Shown: positions 50,219 through 60,695, numbered from the stretch's first letter. The stretch is 60,736 nucleotides of DNA from Patescibacteria group bacterium (GCA_038062375.1 JBBTXG010000002.1:1-60736); one strand, 5' to 3'. Notes: generated by a model from the letters alone, not told the origin. Numbers and translations are program-made.

Positions 50219-50720
50219 CAATCTCCTTTTCTTGCCCAGACATCTTCTCCTTTAACTCCTGGAGGGCTCGATGGATTCCTACCCTTACATTCCCCTCTGT
50301 TTTTCCCGTAAGTTGAGCGATTTCAGGGATTGAAAGCTCATCGAGATATCGCCAAATAATGAGGTTTTGTTCCTCGTCCTCGAGTTCTGCCATATTTTCC
50401 CTTATACGATCCATATCTGAATGAACGGCAGCTTGCCTTATTATCCCTTCGGGAGGATCAATGATATCACCTATCTCTTCTACTGGCACGACACGAAATT
50501 TTGCCCTTTCTCGATAATAATCTGCAAGAGTATTCCTGGCTATTTGATACAAAAAGGCTTGGATATTTTCAATTCTTGTTTTCTCCATTTGATTCATCAC
50601 ACGCACAAAAACATCCGCGCAGAGGTCTTCGGCAGTCTCTTGCGAAGTTACTTTCAAGAAAATAAATCGATAAATCCTCTCTATATATTGATCATAAACT
50701 TGACCAAAATCTTCATTCAT
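50214..50720 (-). CDS. ECF RNA polymerase sigma factor
   Basis: Region 2 AEDLCADVF...FLYQIARN..D; region 4 LSIPEIAQLTGKTEGNVRVGIHRA. Confidence 0.93.
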   Translation of the reverse strand: MNEDFGQVYDQYIERIYRFIFLKVTSQETAEDLCADVFVRVMNQMEKTRIENIQAFLYQIARNTLADYYRERAKFRVVPVEEIGDIIDPPEGIIRQAAVHSDMDRIRENMAELEDEEQNLIIWRYLDELSIPEIAQLTGKTEGNVRVGIHRALQELKEKMSGQEKEIV

Positions 50721-50728
50721 AGATTAGA

Positions 50729-50779
50729 TAGGACAAACTAGGACATAAAATAACTTCTAAAATTGTCCTATCTGTCCTA
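50729..50779. promoter_or_regulatory. Operator-like array: two TAGGACA direct repeats facing two TGTCCTA
   Basis: TAGGACA at 50729 and 50739; TGTCCTA at 50764 and 50773. Confidence 0.6.
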
Positions 50780-50786
50780 CCTTTAT

Positions 50787-51431
50787 TCACACTTTTTCCA
50801 CAACATTCTCTTTTAACTCATAAAACACTGCATTCCACTCCCCTTTTCTCTGAATAAAATCCATTTGTAGCAGATCGTCAAGGTCTCTTCGCAAAGTCCG
50901 CTTTGTTACCTGCGGGAGAACCTTCTGAAGCTCCCATACTTGAACTTTCCTTTTTGCCCGCAAAAACTCAAGGATTTTCTCTTGCCTCTCTGAAAGTCGC
51001 AGCTCCTCTTTGACTATCTTTTCTTCCTCTTCTTCCTTAGCTTCCTTGGTTTCCTTGGCTACCTCTTCTCTTTCTTCGAATGCCTCCTCTTTCTTCGCTT
51101 CGATCGGTTGCCCTTCTATCTCCGCTACCACTTCAAGAAGATCTTTTATCTTTCCGTACTCTGCCTGGAGCATCGAGAAATTTGTTGGATCCACCAACCC
51201 TTCTCGCTTTGCTCTTCGAAAGCACATTTCAAGGGTTTGAAGCTCTCTAAGAATTTGAGTAACAAACCCTCTCTTCCTCTCTCTTAAAACCCCTTCTTTC
51301 TCTGATAATAAAATAAGATCAGCCAATATGATATTGGCCGAATTCTTCATTTCTTGCTTCAACTGTCCTTGAAAAGCATCTGCAATTCGATGGATCGCAA
51401 ATGTAAGTCGTATAAAAAAATCCCGATTCAT
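50787..51431 (-). CDS. DeoR-like winged-HTH protein
   Basis: C-terminal LSERQEKILEFL...VTKRTLRRDLDDL...RKG after a helical N-terminal domain. Confidence 0.75.
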   Translation of the reverse strand: MNRDFFIRLTFAIHRIADAFQGQLKQEMKNSANIILADLILLSEKEGVLRERKRGFVTQILRELQTLEMCFRRAKREGLVDPTNFSMLQAEYGKIKDLLEVVAEIEGQPIEAKKEEAFEEREEVAKETKEAKEEEEEKIVKEELRLSERQEKILEFLRAKRKVQVWELQKVLPQVTKRTLRRDLDDLLQMDFIQRKGEWNAVFYELKENVVEKV

Positions 51432-51503
51432 GCCAACTTCAATATACCAAACATCTCTTGAGGAATCAAAGAAATGAAGCTCCACTCTCTTCTCCTTTCA
51501 GTA

Positions 51504-53117
51504 TCAAGGAAGAGAAGCGCTATTTACTCCTCTCGGAGTGCCGTTGATAGGAGAATCATTAGCAGCTTTGCCGTTGCGTTTGATTTGATTGTTGCTTGCC
51601 CAATTCGCCGGATCGGATCCTGAAATCTCTGGATTCTTACGTTCCATAGAAGTTTTTTCATCATTCTTCCCGGCAAACCAACCAGGCAAAGCATCTACAA
51701 AATCAATAAGATTCCCTTGGGCATCAAAGAGTTTCAACAGTTCACCTTCGTTGTTCAAAGCACCAGTGTAGGTAAGGTCTGCTTGTACATCAGAAATTGG
51801 AGTATCATCTGGTCGCTCCAGAAGATAGTACCCTTGTCCAGAAATTTCTCCTGATAACTCAATGGATGGAGTTCCATCATTTGCAGTCAATTTCCACCCC
51901 GCGAGATTAACTGATTCTGGTCCTCCATTGTAGAGTTCAATCCACTCATCGTTTTCATATGCTTTTGTCCCCATCCATGCAATCTCGTTTATCACGAGCT
52001 TCACGGTTGGACTTGAACCCTCTTTTTTATCTCCATTTTCTTGAGGAGGTGGAGGAGTCTGTTTTTTCTGATTCTGTGCCTTGGGACTTGGGATTTGAGC
52101 CTCGAGATCTTCCGAATTGTTGTCGGTATCCTGGTAGGTTCCGTTTTCAAACTTTCTCCCAAGGCTTTCGCCTTGAGAATGATTTGCGATGGGTACTCCC
52201 TCAAAATCTTGAGTCTCTCCAAATCCAATTTTATCTACCAAGTCGCCATTTGGATTATAGAGAAGCGCCGTGTTGTCAGAAGCTACCGAATAGGTCTTCC
52301 CTGAATAGAAAAGATCAGGGGTTGCGCTTCCCGTATAATTTGGCGTACCATCCTCATTTGAAGGAGGAGCAACGAGGAAATATCCAAGAGCTGCAATCGT
52401 ACCAGAAAATGCTGTTTTGCTCACAAGATTTGTCTCATTTCCTCCTGAAGTCTTGCGTTTGAGAGACCAGCCCTTCAAGTCAACATCTTGAGTATTTGGA
52501 TTAAAAAGCTCAACAAATTCATCTTTCGAGGAAGCGCCTTCGATCTGAATTTCAGAAATCAGAATTTTGAGATAGGATGCCTGTTCTTCGGTCTGATCTG
52601 AACCTTGTTGGGTAGGAGTGGGCGGCGGCGCAGGAGAATTCTCATTTTGTGGGCTCCAAGATTCTGGCATCGAGCTTTTCTCCTCCTTAGCTTTAGGGGA
52701 AGGAATCGAATTCTTTTGGGACGTCTCTGTCTCGGCCACATGCTTCTCTTCAGAACCCCTCTTGGCAAGCGCTTGTTCTTGCGCAATCCTCTCTTGGCTA
52801 ACCATCTGCTTCTTACTTTCTTTCGATACTGAAATCCCCGCTTGCTTACCTTCCTTCTCTGCAGATTTCTGCTTGCCCGGAGAATCCTTGCCAGAACCTT
52901 TTTCTTGCGCTGACTCCTTACTTGCAGAATTATCCTCATGCTTTCCCTCTTCCAAAATCTCGTTTTGCCCCAATTCAACCCCTACCGCACCCAAAAACTC
53001 TTCATTCGTAACTCGTGCGGGCGCTCTTTCGTTATCCCCTCCCACAAATAAAACAGCTCCTCCGATCCCTGCAATGAGCAGGATAAACTGTCCAAAAACA
53101 ATAACATTTCTATTCAT
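51504..53117 (-). CDS. Membrane-anchored protein with two lamin-tail domains
   Basis: ILISEIQ...DEFVELFNP...DLKGWSL and VINEIAWMG...DEWIELYN...NLAGWKL, after a charged low-complexity linker. Confidence 0.82.
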   Translation of the reverse strand: MNRNVIVFGQFILLIAGIGGAVLFVGGDNERAPARVTNEEFLGAVGVELGQNEILEEGKHEDNSASKESAQEKGSGKDSPGKQKSAEKEGKQAGISVSKESKKQMVSQERIAQEQALAKRGSEEKHVAETETSQKNSIPSPKAKEEKSSMPESWSPQNENSPAPPPTPTQQGSDQTEEQASYLKILISEIQIEGASSKDEFVELFNPNTQDVDLKGWSLKRKTSGGNETNLVSKTAFSGTIAALGYFLVAPPSNEDGTPNYTGSATPDLFYSGKTYSVASDNTALLYNPNGDLVDKIGFGETQDFEGVPIANHSQGESLGRKFENGTYQDTDNNSEDLEAQIPSPKAQNQKKQTPPPPQENGDKKEGSSPTVKLVINEIAWMGTKAYENDEWIELYNGGPESVNLAGWKLTANDGTPSIELSGEISGQGYYLLERPDDTPISDVQADLTYTGALNNEGELLKLFDAQGNLIDFVDALPGWFAGKNDEKTSMERKNPEISGSDPANWASNNQIKRNGKAANDSPINGTPRGVNSASLP

Positions 53118-53175
53118 GGTACTTCCCTTGTTTTCATTGTACCACAGAATTTACGAACAACCTGCATACGTCATC

Positions 53176-53916
53176 CTAAAATCCTGCAAAGGAGCGAAGA
53201 AGAGAGAATGGAGTCGCGGCCACCCTTCCTTCTTTATCAATGGTAGTGAGGCCAAGGACTCTTCCCTCTCTATTAAAGAGTGGACTTCCATTGAAAAAGG
53301 GTTCTTCAAAAATGGTTGTAGTAATTGTGTTTGGACTTTGCGACTTTACAATTCCTTGGTTCACAACCGTGGCAAGAGATCCATTGTCTTTGGTTTTACC
53401 CACCAAAAACACTCCCGTGCCAAGCTTTATGGGTAAAGCATCTGCAAAACTTGTGGTGGGAAGATTTCCTTCCTCGATCTTTAAGAGCGCGAGATTCCGC
53501 TTTCCATCGCGCTTGAGAACCAGAGCCTCCCGTGGCTTCTCTTCACCCTCAAGCTCAACTTGCGCCCGGAATCCTTCAGGGACGAGATCAGCTAAGGTAA
53601 GAATGAGCCCATCTGAAGTTACAATAAAGCCTGATCCTTCAAGAATCGTTTTTCCCTTGGTACTCTGCACCCTCACCGATACTTTTTGAACTCGTTCTAT
53701 GGTACGTTCCAGCGCTTGGGCTTCAGTAACCACAATCTCTTGAACCTCTCGAATTATGGTAGTGCGTGAATTCCACTGTTGAATAAACTTCCAGTCTTCA
53801 AAGGGAGCAGTCCAAGCTAAATAAGGCAACAAAAAAGCTTGGGCCCAAATCCCGCCTGCAACGCCCAAGCAAAAAGGGGAAAGCACCATCAGGATTTTTC
53901 GAAAGATAGGGGGCAT
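53176..53916 (-). CDS. Trypsin-like (HtrA-fold) protein, catalytic triad degenerate
   Basis: GSGFIVTSDGLILT fold motif, but TLADL, RNLALL and FNGSPL replace TNxHV, DLAVL and NSGGPL. Confidence 0.75.
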   Translation of the reverse strand: MPPIFRKILMVLSPFCLGVAGGIWAQAFLLPYLAWTAPFEDWKFIQQWNSRTTIIREVQEIVVTEAQALERTIERVQKVSVRVQSTKGKTILEGSGFIVTSDGLILTLADLVPEGFRAQVELEGEEKPREALVLKRDGKRNLALLKIEEGNLPTTSFADALPIKLGTGVFLVGKTKDNGSLATVVNQGIVKSQSPNTITTTIFEEPFFNGSPLFNREGRVLGLTTIDKEGRVAATPFSLLRSFAGF

Positions 53917-53994
53917 TTCGCCGAGAGCAAATATTTCTGGGAATATCTCTACCTATGTGAGCGATGACAAAATCCCTTTTGAAAACGCTAATTC

Positions 53995-56718
53995 TTAGGA
54001 AACTTCAACTTTTGCGAGTTTTCCCTTTTGTTTCGTAAGAGTCTCCATGTCATACGCCTTTCGCGTGATTATCTTCCCATCTTCCACATCAATAAGAATT
54101 CTCTCTCCTTCCTTCACTTCCCCTGACACGATCTTTAACGCGAGCGGATTCAATACGGTTCTCTGAATAACCCTCCGTAAAGGCCTCGCGCCAAAGTTTG
54201 GGTCAAAACCCTCTTTGGCAAGCAACTCCTTTGCCTGCTCGGTAATTTCCAGTCGGATGTGTTTTGCAGAAAGTCGTCCTGCAACTTTTGTAATTTCGAG
54301 CTCCACAATCTTTTTAATCTCTTCTTTTCCAAGATAATTAAAGATGAGAATCTCGTCGACTCGGTTTAAGAATTCGGGTCGAAATTGTTCTCGGAGAGCT
54401 GTCATCACCCGATCTGTTACGACGCTCTTCTCCTCTCCTTGAATCTTTTCTCTCGAAAATCCAATCGGGCTCATTTCTGCGATATGCTGGGATCCAACAT
54501 TCGAAGTCATGGTGATAAGCGTGTTCTTAAACGAAACAACCCTTCCCTTTGCGTCCGTCAATCTCCCATCTTCTAAAATCTGAAGGAGCATATTAAATAC
54601 TTCAGGATGTGCTTTTTCAATCTCATCTAAGAGCACCACGCTATACGGCCGCCTTCTAATTTTTTCGGTAAGCTGCCCCCCTTCTTCGTACCCCACATAT
54701 CCAGGAGGTGAACCTATCATTCGAGAAACGGTATGCCGCTCCATGTACTCGGACATGTCGAGACGAATCAGCGCGTTTTCGTCATTGAAAAGAAACCCTG
54801 CCAATGCTTTTGCAGTCTCCGTTTTTCCAACCCCTGTGGGGCCCAAAAACATAAAGGATCCCAGTGGACGATTTTCCTCTGCAATGCCAGCCCTGCTTCT
54901 CCGAATTGCATCGGAGATTACTTTTAACACGTCGTCTTGACCAACGATGCGTTTTCGAAGAAACTCCTCCATTTTTTCTAACTTTTTCGCTTCTTCTTCC
55001 AGAAGCCGAGTCACCGGGATTCCCGTCCATCTCGAAACAACCGCAGCAACGTCTTCTTCTGTTACCTCTTCCTTAAGGAGCGGATGATTTTTTTGAAAAC
55101 GAGCGAGTTTGCGCTCCTCGACGCGCAATTGCTTTTGCAGCTCCGGAAGTTTTCCATATTTCAATTCTGCCACCTTCTGGAGATTTCCTCCTGCTTGTTC
55201 TCGCTCAATTTGGAATCTCGAATTCTCACTTTCTTTCTTGAGTTCTTTGATCTTTCCAATCACCTCTTTCTCGGCAAACCATTTCGTCTCAATAGCCTTT
55301 GCGCGCTCTTGAAGATCAGCCAATGAGCGATTGAGAACTTTCAATTTCCTTTCTTCTTCTTTCTCGTTTTTCAAAGCCTCTCTCTCAATTTCAAATTTTT
55401 GGATCTCCCTCTTCAGACTGTCTAACTCTACTGGTTCAGATTCCATATCTAAACGCAGAGAACTCATTGCCTCATCCATGAGATCCACGGCTTTATCGGG
55501 AAGGAAACGATCAGAAATATACCTTGCCGCAAGATTCCCCGCAGCAAGCAGCGCAGAATCTTTAATTTTCACTCCGTGGTGAAGTTCGTACTTTTCCTTA
55601 ATGCCTCGCAAGATCATCACGGTATCTTCAATGGTGGGCTCCGCGACATAGATGGGTTGGAACCTGCGCTCTAAAGCTGGATCTCTCTCAATGTATTTTT
55701 GATATTCTTTGAGGGTGGTAGCTCCAATCGCACGAAGCTCTCCTCTTGCTAAGGCAGGTTTTAAAAGGTTGGAGGCATCAATTGCTCCTTCTGCCGCTCC
55801 AGCCCCTACTAAGGTGTGGAGCTCATCAATGAACAGGAGATATTTCCCTCCTGCTCGATCCATCTCTCGCAGTAAGGCCTTGATTCGATCCTCAAATTCT
55901 CCTCGATATTTCGTTCCTGCGACCAACGCGCCAAGGTCCAAGGCAATGATCTCTTTGTCGTTCAGGCTTTCTGGCACATCACCCCTCACAATTTTTTGAG
56001 CGAGTCCCTCCACTACCGCGGTTTTTCCAACTCCTGCTTCTCCGATCAGCACCGGATTATTCTTCGTGCGGCGCGAGAGCACCTGCATTAAACGCCTGAT
56101 TTCATTCTCTCTTCCAATCACCGGATCGAGCTTTCCTTGTTGAGCTAAACGCGTAAGATTTCTCGCGTACTTTTCGATGACCTGATACTTTGATTCAGGA
56201 GAAGGATCAGTAATGCGCACCCCTCCTCGAATTTGAGCTAAAATTTTCAAGATAGTCTCGTAATCCAATTTTCCAAATTCTAAAGTCGCGGCGTCTCCTT
56301 TGCCGTTCGGAAGAAGGGTGGTGTGCTGTAAAATTTCTTTTGTTTTCGATTCGGTATCTAATAACGCAAGAAAGAGATGTTCCACTGAAATATACTCATC
56401 TCCCATTTTGTTTGCTTCTTGACGAGCGCGCTCCAACACTTTTGCCAAGTCTTGAGTGAGATAAAACTGCCCAAAGGGAGCAGAGGTAGCCCCCACCGGC
56501 AGACGCGCTAAAACCATCTCAATCCGGCGCTTCATCCCCTCCAAGTCAGCCCCTATTTTCTGCAACACGGTCGTCACCACACTATCTTCTTGAGAAAGCA
56601 ATGCGTATGCCAAATGCAAGGTATCTACCTGCTGCTGTCCTCGTTCTTGAGCAATATTTTGCGCCTGAAGGATTGCTTCTTGCGCTTTATGGGTGAAATT
56701 TCCAGGACCGTTCATCAT
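53995..56718 (-). CDS. clpB: ATP-dependent disaggregase ClpB
   Basis: Two AAA+ modules (GEAGVGKT and GPTGVGKT), a long coiled-coil M domain (LKYG) and GARPLRR. Confidence 0.95.
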   Translation of the reverse strand: MMNGPGNFTHKAQEAILQAQNIAQERGQQQVDTLHLAYALLSQEDSVVTTVLQKIGADLEGMKRRIEMVLARLPVGATSAPFGQFYLTQDLAKVLERARQEANKMGDEYISVEHLFLALLDTESKTKEILQHTTLLPNGKGDAATLEFGKLDYETILKILAQIRGGVRITDPSPESKYQVIEKYARNLTRLAQQGKLDPVIGRENEIRRLMQVLSRRTKNNPVLIGEAGVGKTAVVEGLAQKIVRGDVPESLNDKEIIALDLGALVAGTKYRGEFEDRIKALLREMDRAGGKYLLFIDELHTLVGAGAAEGAIDASNLLKPALARGELRAIGATTLKEYQKYIERDPALERRFQPIYVAEPTIEDTVMILRGIKEKYELHHGVKIKDSALLAAGNLAARYISDRFLPDKAVDLMDEAMSSLRLDMESEPVELDSLKREIQKFEIEREALKNEKEEERKLKVLNRSLADLQERAKAIETKWFAEKEVIGKIKELKKESENSRFQIEREQAGGNLQKVAELKYGKLPELQKQLRVEERKLARFQKNHPLLKEEVTEEDVAAVVSRWTGIPVTRLLEEEAKKLEKMEEFLRKRIVGQDDVLKVISDAIRRSRAGIAEENRPLGSFMFLGPTGVGKTETAKALAGFLFNDENALIRLDMSEYMERHTVSRMIGSPPGYVGYEEGGQLTEKIRRRPYSVVLLDEIEKAHPEVFNMLLQILEDGRLTDAKGRVVSFKNTLITMTSNVGSQHIAEMSPIGFSREKIQGEEKSVVTDRVMTALREQFRPEFLNRVDEILIFNYLGKEEIKKIVELEITKVAGRLSAKHIRLEITEQAKELLAKEGFDPNFGARPLRRVIQRTVLNPLALKIVSGEVKEGERILIDVEDGKIITRKAYDMETLTKQKGKLAKVEVS

Positions 56719-56833
56719 ATATTATATATTTCATGGTATCACCATCAAGAAAAGAGAGCAAGAGTTCATAATCGTTCTCGTTCTTCAAAAAAAATGCAGG
56801 AAATTCGATAATCTCGAGTTTCCTGCTGCTGGA

Positions 56834-57520
56834 TCATTGAGACGGTGCTGGTCCGATGAACCGGTATCCTACGCCATGCATATTTATAATCCATCGAGGT
56901 TCTACCGCAGAATCTCCCAGCTTCCGCCGCAGACGCTGTATGTACTTCTTCACGTTGTCTACCTCGCCTCCCCATAGTTGTCCCATGATCTCTTTTCGCA
57001 CCACCCCCGGCTTGCTCATGAGCAAATAGAGAAGTTCAAACTCTTTGTGGGTAAGTCCTATTTTTTGACCTTCCAGAAAAACCTCGTGGGTAGCTCGATT
57101 GACGACCAAAGCGCCCCTCACAAGAACATCACTTTCCGAGGGTCTCCCTATTTGAACACGCCTCCACAATGCCCATATTCGAGTTGCCATCTCCGTTACA
57201 TTACAAGGAAGCTGAATCACTCTATCTGCACCCAAAGTTAGTGCTCCAAACATGATCTCTTGAGTTCTCTGTGAACTTAAAACAATAATGGGTATAGAGG
57301 AGAACCTCCTTAGTTCGCTTATGCTTTGGAGGGAGAAGTCGAAAGAGTCAAGATGAAAAATGACGATGTCTGGCTCCAGCACCATCGCCATCTTCACCTC
57401 TTCTATTCCCCCTTGAACAACTTGAATCTCCAGATCTGGCCAGCGCAGATCGAGACTTATGGTAACAGCATCCTGAACGGCAGGGTCTCTTACAAGAAAC
57501 AAAACCTTCATCACCTTCAT
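56834..57520 (-). CDS. OmpR-family response regulator with a pseudo-receiver domain
   Basis: Winged-helix LTHKEFELL...YIQRLRRKLGD...GVGYRF. The receiver lacks the acidic pair (VRD), the phospho-Asp (IFHLD) and the Lys (QLP). SD GGAGG precedes ATG 57520. Confidence 0.85.
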   Translation of the reverse strand: MKVMKVLFLVRDPAVQDAVTISLDLRWPDLEIQVVQGGIEEVKMAMVLEPDIVIFHLDSFDFSLQSISELRRFSSIPIIVLSSQRTQEIMFGALTLGADRVIQLPCNVTEMATRIWALWRRVQIGRPSESDVLVRGALVVNRATHEVFLEGQKIGLTHKEFELLYLLMSKPGVVRKEIMGQLWGGEVDNVKKYIQRLRRKLGDSAVEPRWIINMHGVGYRFIGPAPSQ

Positions 57521-57660
57521 CGTACCCTCCTCTTGCGTGTTTTCTTTACACTTCCATATAAACCTGCTTTTGTCAATCAATCGCACCCCACACAATTGAC
57601 TTTTTATCAAGTTTACATCATCCTAGATTTGGATCAAAATCGTACCTAAGGAGAATAAGA

Positions 57661-58005
57661 ATGCCAGCAGATACAGATACACTTACACTGAAACTCGGTT
57701 TTATCGACGACACACCGGCAGAGCTTCCCATGGCGGCAGAGAACCTCCGTGTCCAGGGGGTTCGAGTAATAGGCGCGCTGACCCTGGGCGCGTTCCAGGC
57801 GACCGGCATCGTGCCTGAACTTGTTTATCTTGGATGTTTCATACGTCCTTGACGAAGAACCGGACGAGCAACGGGTTAAAGAGTTGCTCGAGAGTCCACC
57901 GTCGATGCTTCCGTTGATTGGGGATCTAGTTGCGATCCTGCGCAATTCGTACGGAAACAGCGTCCTTACAACGTTCTCCTGGGCTAAATCGCGGCGTGTA
58001 CAAGC
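57661..58005 (+). pseudogene. Frameshifted CheY-like receiver-domain gene
   Basis: AAGGAG-N7-ATG; LGFIDD. Removing one base at 57817-57820 (GAAC to GAC) joins two ORFs through VPDLFILDV. Confidence 0.55.
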
Positions 58006-58006
58006 A

Positions 58007-59341
58007 CTACTCGTTCCTCTCTATCAAGGTGGCGTTGAGCAGCTTCTCTTGATTATCCCGAAGGATTTTGAGAGTTATACGATCCCCGGGATTGTACAGT
58101 TGGATCATCTTGGCAAAAGAATTTTTAAGAGTAATTTTCCTTCCGTTGAGTTCTAAAATAATATCTCCTTCTTTGAGTCCCGCCTTTTCTGCTGCAGATC
58201 CTGGGGTTATTGCAGGTCCCCTTCGGCTTCCCGTAATAAGGATTCCGTAGTCAACGGCTAATCCGAGCTCCTCTTTTGTTTTTTCGTCGATCGCCCTGTA
58301 TTGCACACCCAGAAATGGGTACACAATTTTGCCCAACTTTTTCACCTGTTCCACATCTCTTTTTGCTTTGTTCACCAGAATTGCAAATCCGATATTCTCT
58401 GCTTGCTGGGCCATTGCAGTGTTGATACCAATTACCCCCCCTGCCAAATTTAATAAAGGCCCGCCGGAATTGCCCCGATTAATCGCAGCATCGCTCTGAA
58501 TTACATCTTCCACGATTTCAGAGAATCCGCCACCCGAGGCCTCTATGGTTCTACCGAGTCCAGAAATCACTCCAACCGAAACGGTATTGCGAAACTCTCC
58601 TAAGGCGTTCCCAATCGCAATGACTGTTTGACCAATCTGAAGAGCGTCTGAATCTCCAAGCTGTAAGGTAGGAAATTTTTTCTCCCCGACTCTCTCTTGG
58701 TCAACTTTTAATACCGCGAGGTCTTCAAAGGGATCTCGCGCGAGGACTTTGGCAGGATACGATTCTCCGTCAGTCGTAAATATCGTGTATTCTGCTTCCT
58801 TGTCGAGAACAACATGTTTATTCGTCACAATCAATCCATCCGGAGAGATAAAAAAACCAGAGCCTGCTCCTACCTCTTGTTTTTCTACTCCCTTCTGTCG
58901 AAATTGAGGAACTTGAAAGGGCGAAGGTCCAAAGAAATCCTCAAAGGGATCGCGAAAGAATCGTTCAACCACCGGCACATCTTTGGTGATTACAATACTT
59001 ACCACTGCCGGGGATGCTTCTTTCACGACACGAATAATTCGCTCTTCTTGGCTCGTTTGAGGAATATACTCTTTTTCAACAACTGTTTTTTCGATGAGGC
59101 GCTCTTGTCCTTGAGCGAGACTTCCTTTGAGAACATCCAATTCGTTCTTTACCATCCAATACGCGTATCCTCCAATCATTCCTCCAGCAGCCAAACCAAA
59201 AAGAGCGGAAAGGAGGACAATCCCCACCAAAAGCGACATATTCGTCTGACCGCCCACCAACCTCTGCCAAACTGTTTTCCTTTGACCCATACTCTCTTGC
59301 AACTCTGAAAGAGGAGAAGATGAAAAATCAAAAGGAGACAT
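58007..59341 (-). CDS. htrA: HtrA/DegP-family serine protease with one PDZ domain
   Basis: TM anchor; triad motifs TNKHV, DLAVL and GNSGGPL; PDZ SAAEKAGLKEGDII. Confidence 0.93.
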   Translation of the reverse strand: MSPFDFSSSPLSELQESMGQRKTVWQRLVGGQTNMSLLVGIVLLSALFGLAAGGMIGGYAYWMVKNELDVLKGSLAQGQERLIEKTVVEKEYIPQTSQEERIIRVVKEASPAVVSIVITKDVPVVERFFRDPFEDFFGPSPFQVPQFRQKGVEKQEVGAGSGFFISPDGLIVTNKHVVLDKEAEYTIFTTDGESYPAKVLARDPFEDLAVLKVDQERVGEKKFPTLQLGDSDALQIGQTVIAIGNALGEFRNTVSVGVISGLGRTIEASGGGFSEIVEDVIQSDAAINRGNSGGPLLNLAGGVIGINTAMAQQAENIGFAILVNKAKRDVEQVKKLGKIVYPFLGVQYRAIDEKTKEELGLAVDYGILITGSRRGPAITPGSAAEKAGLKEGDIILELNGRKITLKNSFAKMIQLYNPGDRITLKILRDNQEKLLNATLIERNE

Positions 59342-59359
59342 GGTCTATTGATAGAATTA

Positions 59360-60580
59360 TTATACACCTCCTTTTCTCAATTTCGCAACGCCGAGAGTAA
59401 GTACCTTGATGACTTTTTCTATCTCTTCTAACTTTGTGTATTTGCCAATCGTGATTCGAACGCTCGAGAGTGCTTCCTCTTGCTCCAAGCCCAATGCAAG
59501 CAGCACATGAGACGGCTCTTGAGTTGTTTCCGAGCACGCAGACCCCGCAGAAACTGCAATCCCCTTCTGGTCGAGCAGAAGCACAAGATCTCGTCCTTCA
59601 ATTCCATGGAAACGAAAATGCGTGTTGTTGGCAAGCCGCTTCTCTTGAGATCCTGTTAAAACACTCTCTGGAATCCTCCTCAATACCTTCTTTACCAACG
59701 TATCTCGTAATTGACGAGTTTTGATGTTCACTACCAACATGCGGGGGTTTTGAAGTTCTTGAAGCGCGACTCCAAACCCGACAATCCCTGCGACATCTTC
59801 TGTGCCAGAGCGCAACCCTCCTTCCTGACCTCCACCCCCTAAAAGTGCGTGAAGAGAAGCCCCTTCTCTTACATATAACAATCCAATCCCTTTGGGCCCG
59901 TAGACCTTATGTGCGCTCAAAGTCAGAAGATCAACTCCTAGCTTCTCTACGTTGCAATCGAGATAATTTGCTGCTTGGACCGCATCGGTGTGAAATAGTA
60001 TCTTGTATGTTGCATCTTGTAGGTTGTGTTTCCTAAGGAGTTGGCCAATTTCAGTAATTGGTTGAATGGTTCCAATCTCACTGTTCGCATACATGATCGA
60101 GACCAATACCGTATTCTCTTGAATCGCCTTTTCCACATCCTCCACTCTTACGAATCCTTCTTTGGTTACCGGCACATACGTGACTTGGGCAACTCCTTCT
60201 TTCTCGAGCATTTTACATGGTTCAAGCACCGACTCATGCTCAATCTGCGAAGTAACAATATGAGGTTTTGCATCTTGTCGCCTTGCGGGAGATTCCTCCA
60301 AGAGGGATGTTTGATTGCTAATATACTGTATGACTCCTTGAATCGCAAGGTTATTCGCTTCCGTAGCTCCCGAAGTAAAAACAACCTCCAGGGGAGAACA
60401 ATGGAGAAATTTCGCTGCTTTCTCTCTAGCTTCTTCGATTGCAGCTTTTGCTTTCTGGCCAAACCCATGCGTAGAGGAAGGATTGCCATGGTGCTTACGC
60501 AGGTATGGCAACATTGCCTCTAACACCTTTTTGTCAATCGGCGTCGAAGCCGCATAATCAAGGTAGATTCTTTTCTTCAT
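59360..60580 (-). CDS. iscS: Cysteine desulfurase (IscS/NifS)
   Basis: Motifs YLDYAASTP, GNPSS, TSGATEANN, SAHKVYGPKG and SAGSAC. Confidence 0.92.
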   Translation of the reverse strand: MKKRIYLDYAASTPIDKKVLEAMLPYLRKHHGNPSSTHGFGQKAKAAIEEAREKAAKFLHCSPLEVVFTSGATEANNLAIQGVIQYISNQTSLLEESPARRQDAKPHIVTSQIEHESVLEPCKMLEKEGVAQVTYVPVTKEGFVRVEDVEKAIQENTVLVSIMYANSEIGTIQPITEIGQLLRKHNLQDATYKILFHTDAVQAANYLDCNVEKLGVDLLTLSAHKVYGPKGIGLLYVREGASLHALLGGGGQEGGLRSGTEDVAGIVGFGVALQELQNPRMLVVNIKTRQLRDTLVKKVLRRIPESVLTGSQEKRLANNTHFRFHGIEGRDLVLLLDQKGIAVSAGSACSETTQEPSHVLLALGLEQEEALSSVRITIGKYTKLEEIEKVIKVLTLGVAKLRKGGV

Positions 60581-60653
60581 ACTCCTCCCAATGTTGGAAA
60601 CCCTCCTGAGATATTCTTTGCTTATTCGTTTATCAAAAGTTTATCGGACTCTT

Positions 60654-60695
60654 GGTGTCTTACAATTCCTGCTCGAGCAATTATTGCAAGACACC
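60654..60695. repeat. Imperfect 42-bp palindrome upstream of iscS
   Basis: GGTGTCTTACAAT...TGCTCGAGCA...ATTGCAAGACACC. Confidence 0.6.

Noticed and set aside
57646-58005. GC-richer intergenic stretch considered as tmRNA or RNase P RNA
   Set aside because: No tRNA-like ends or conserved RNase P motifs found; better explained as a frameshifted receiver gene with an SD.
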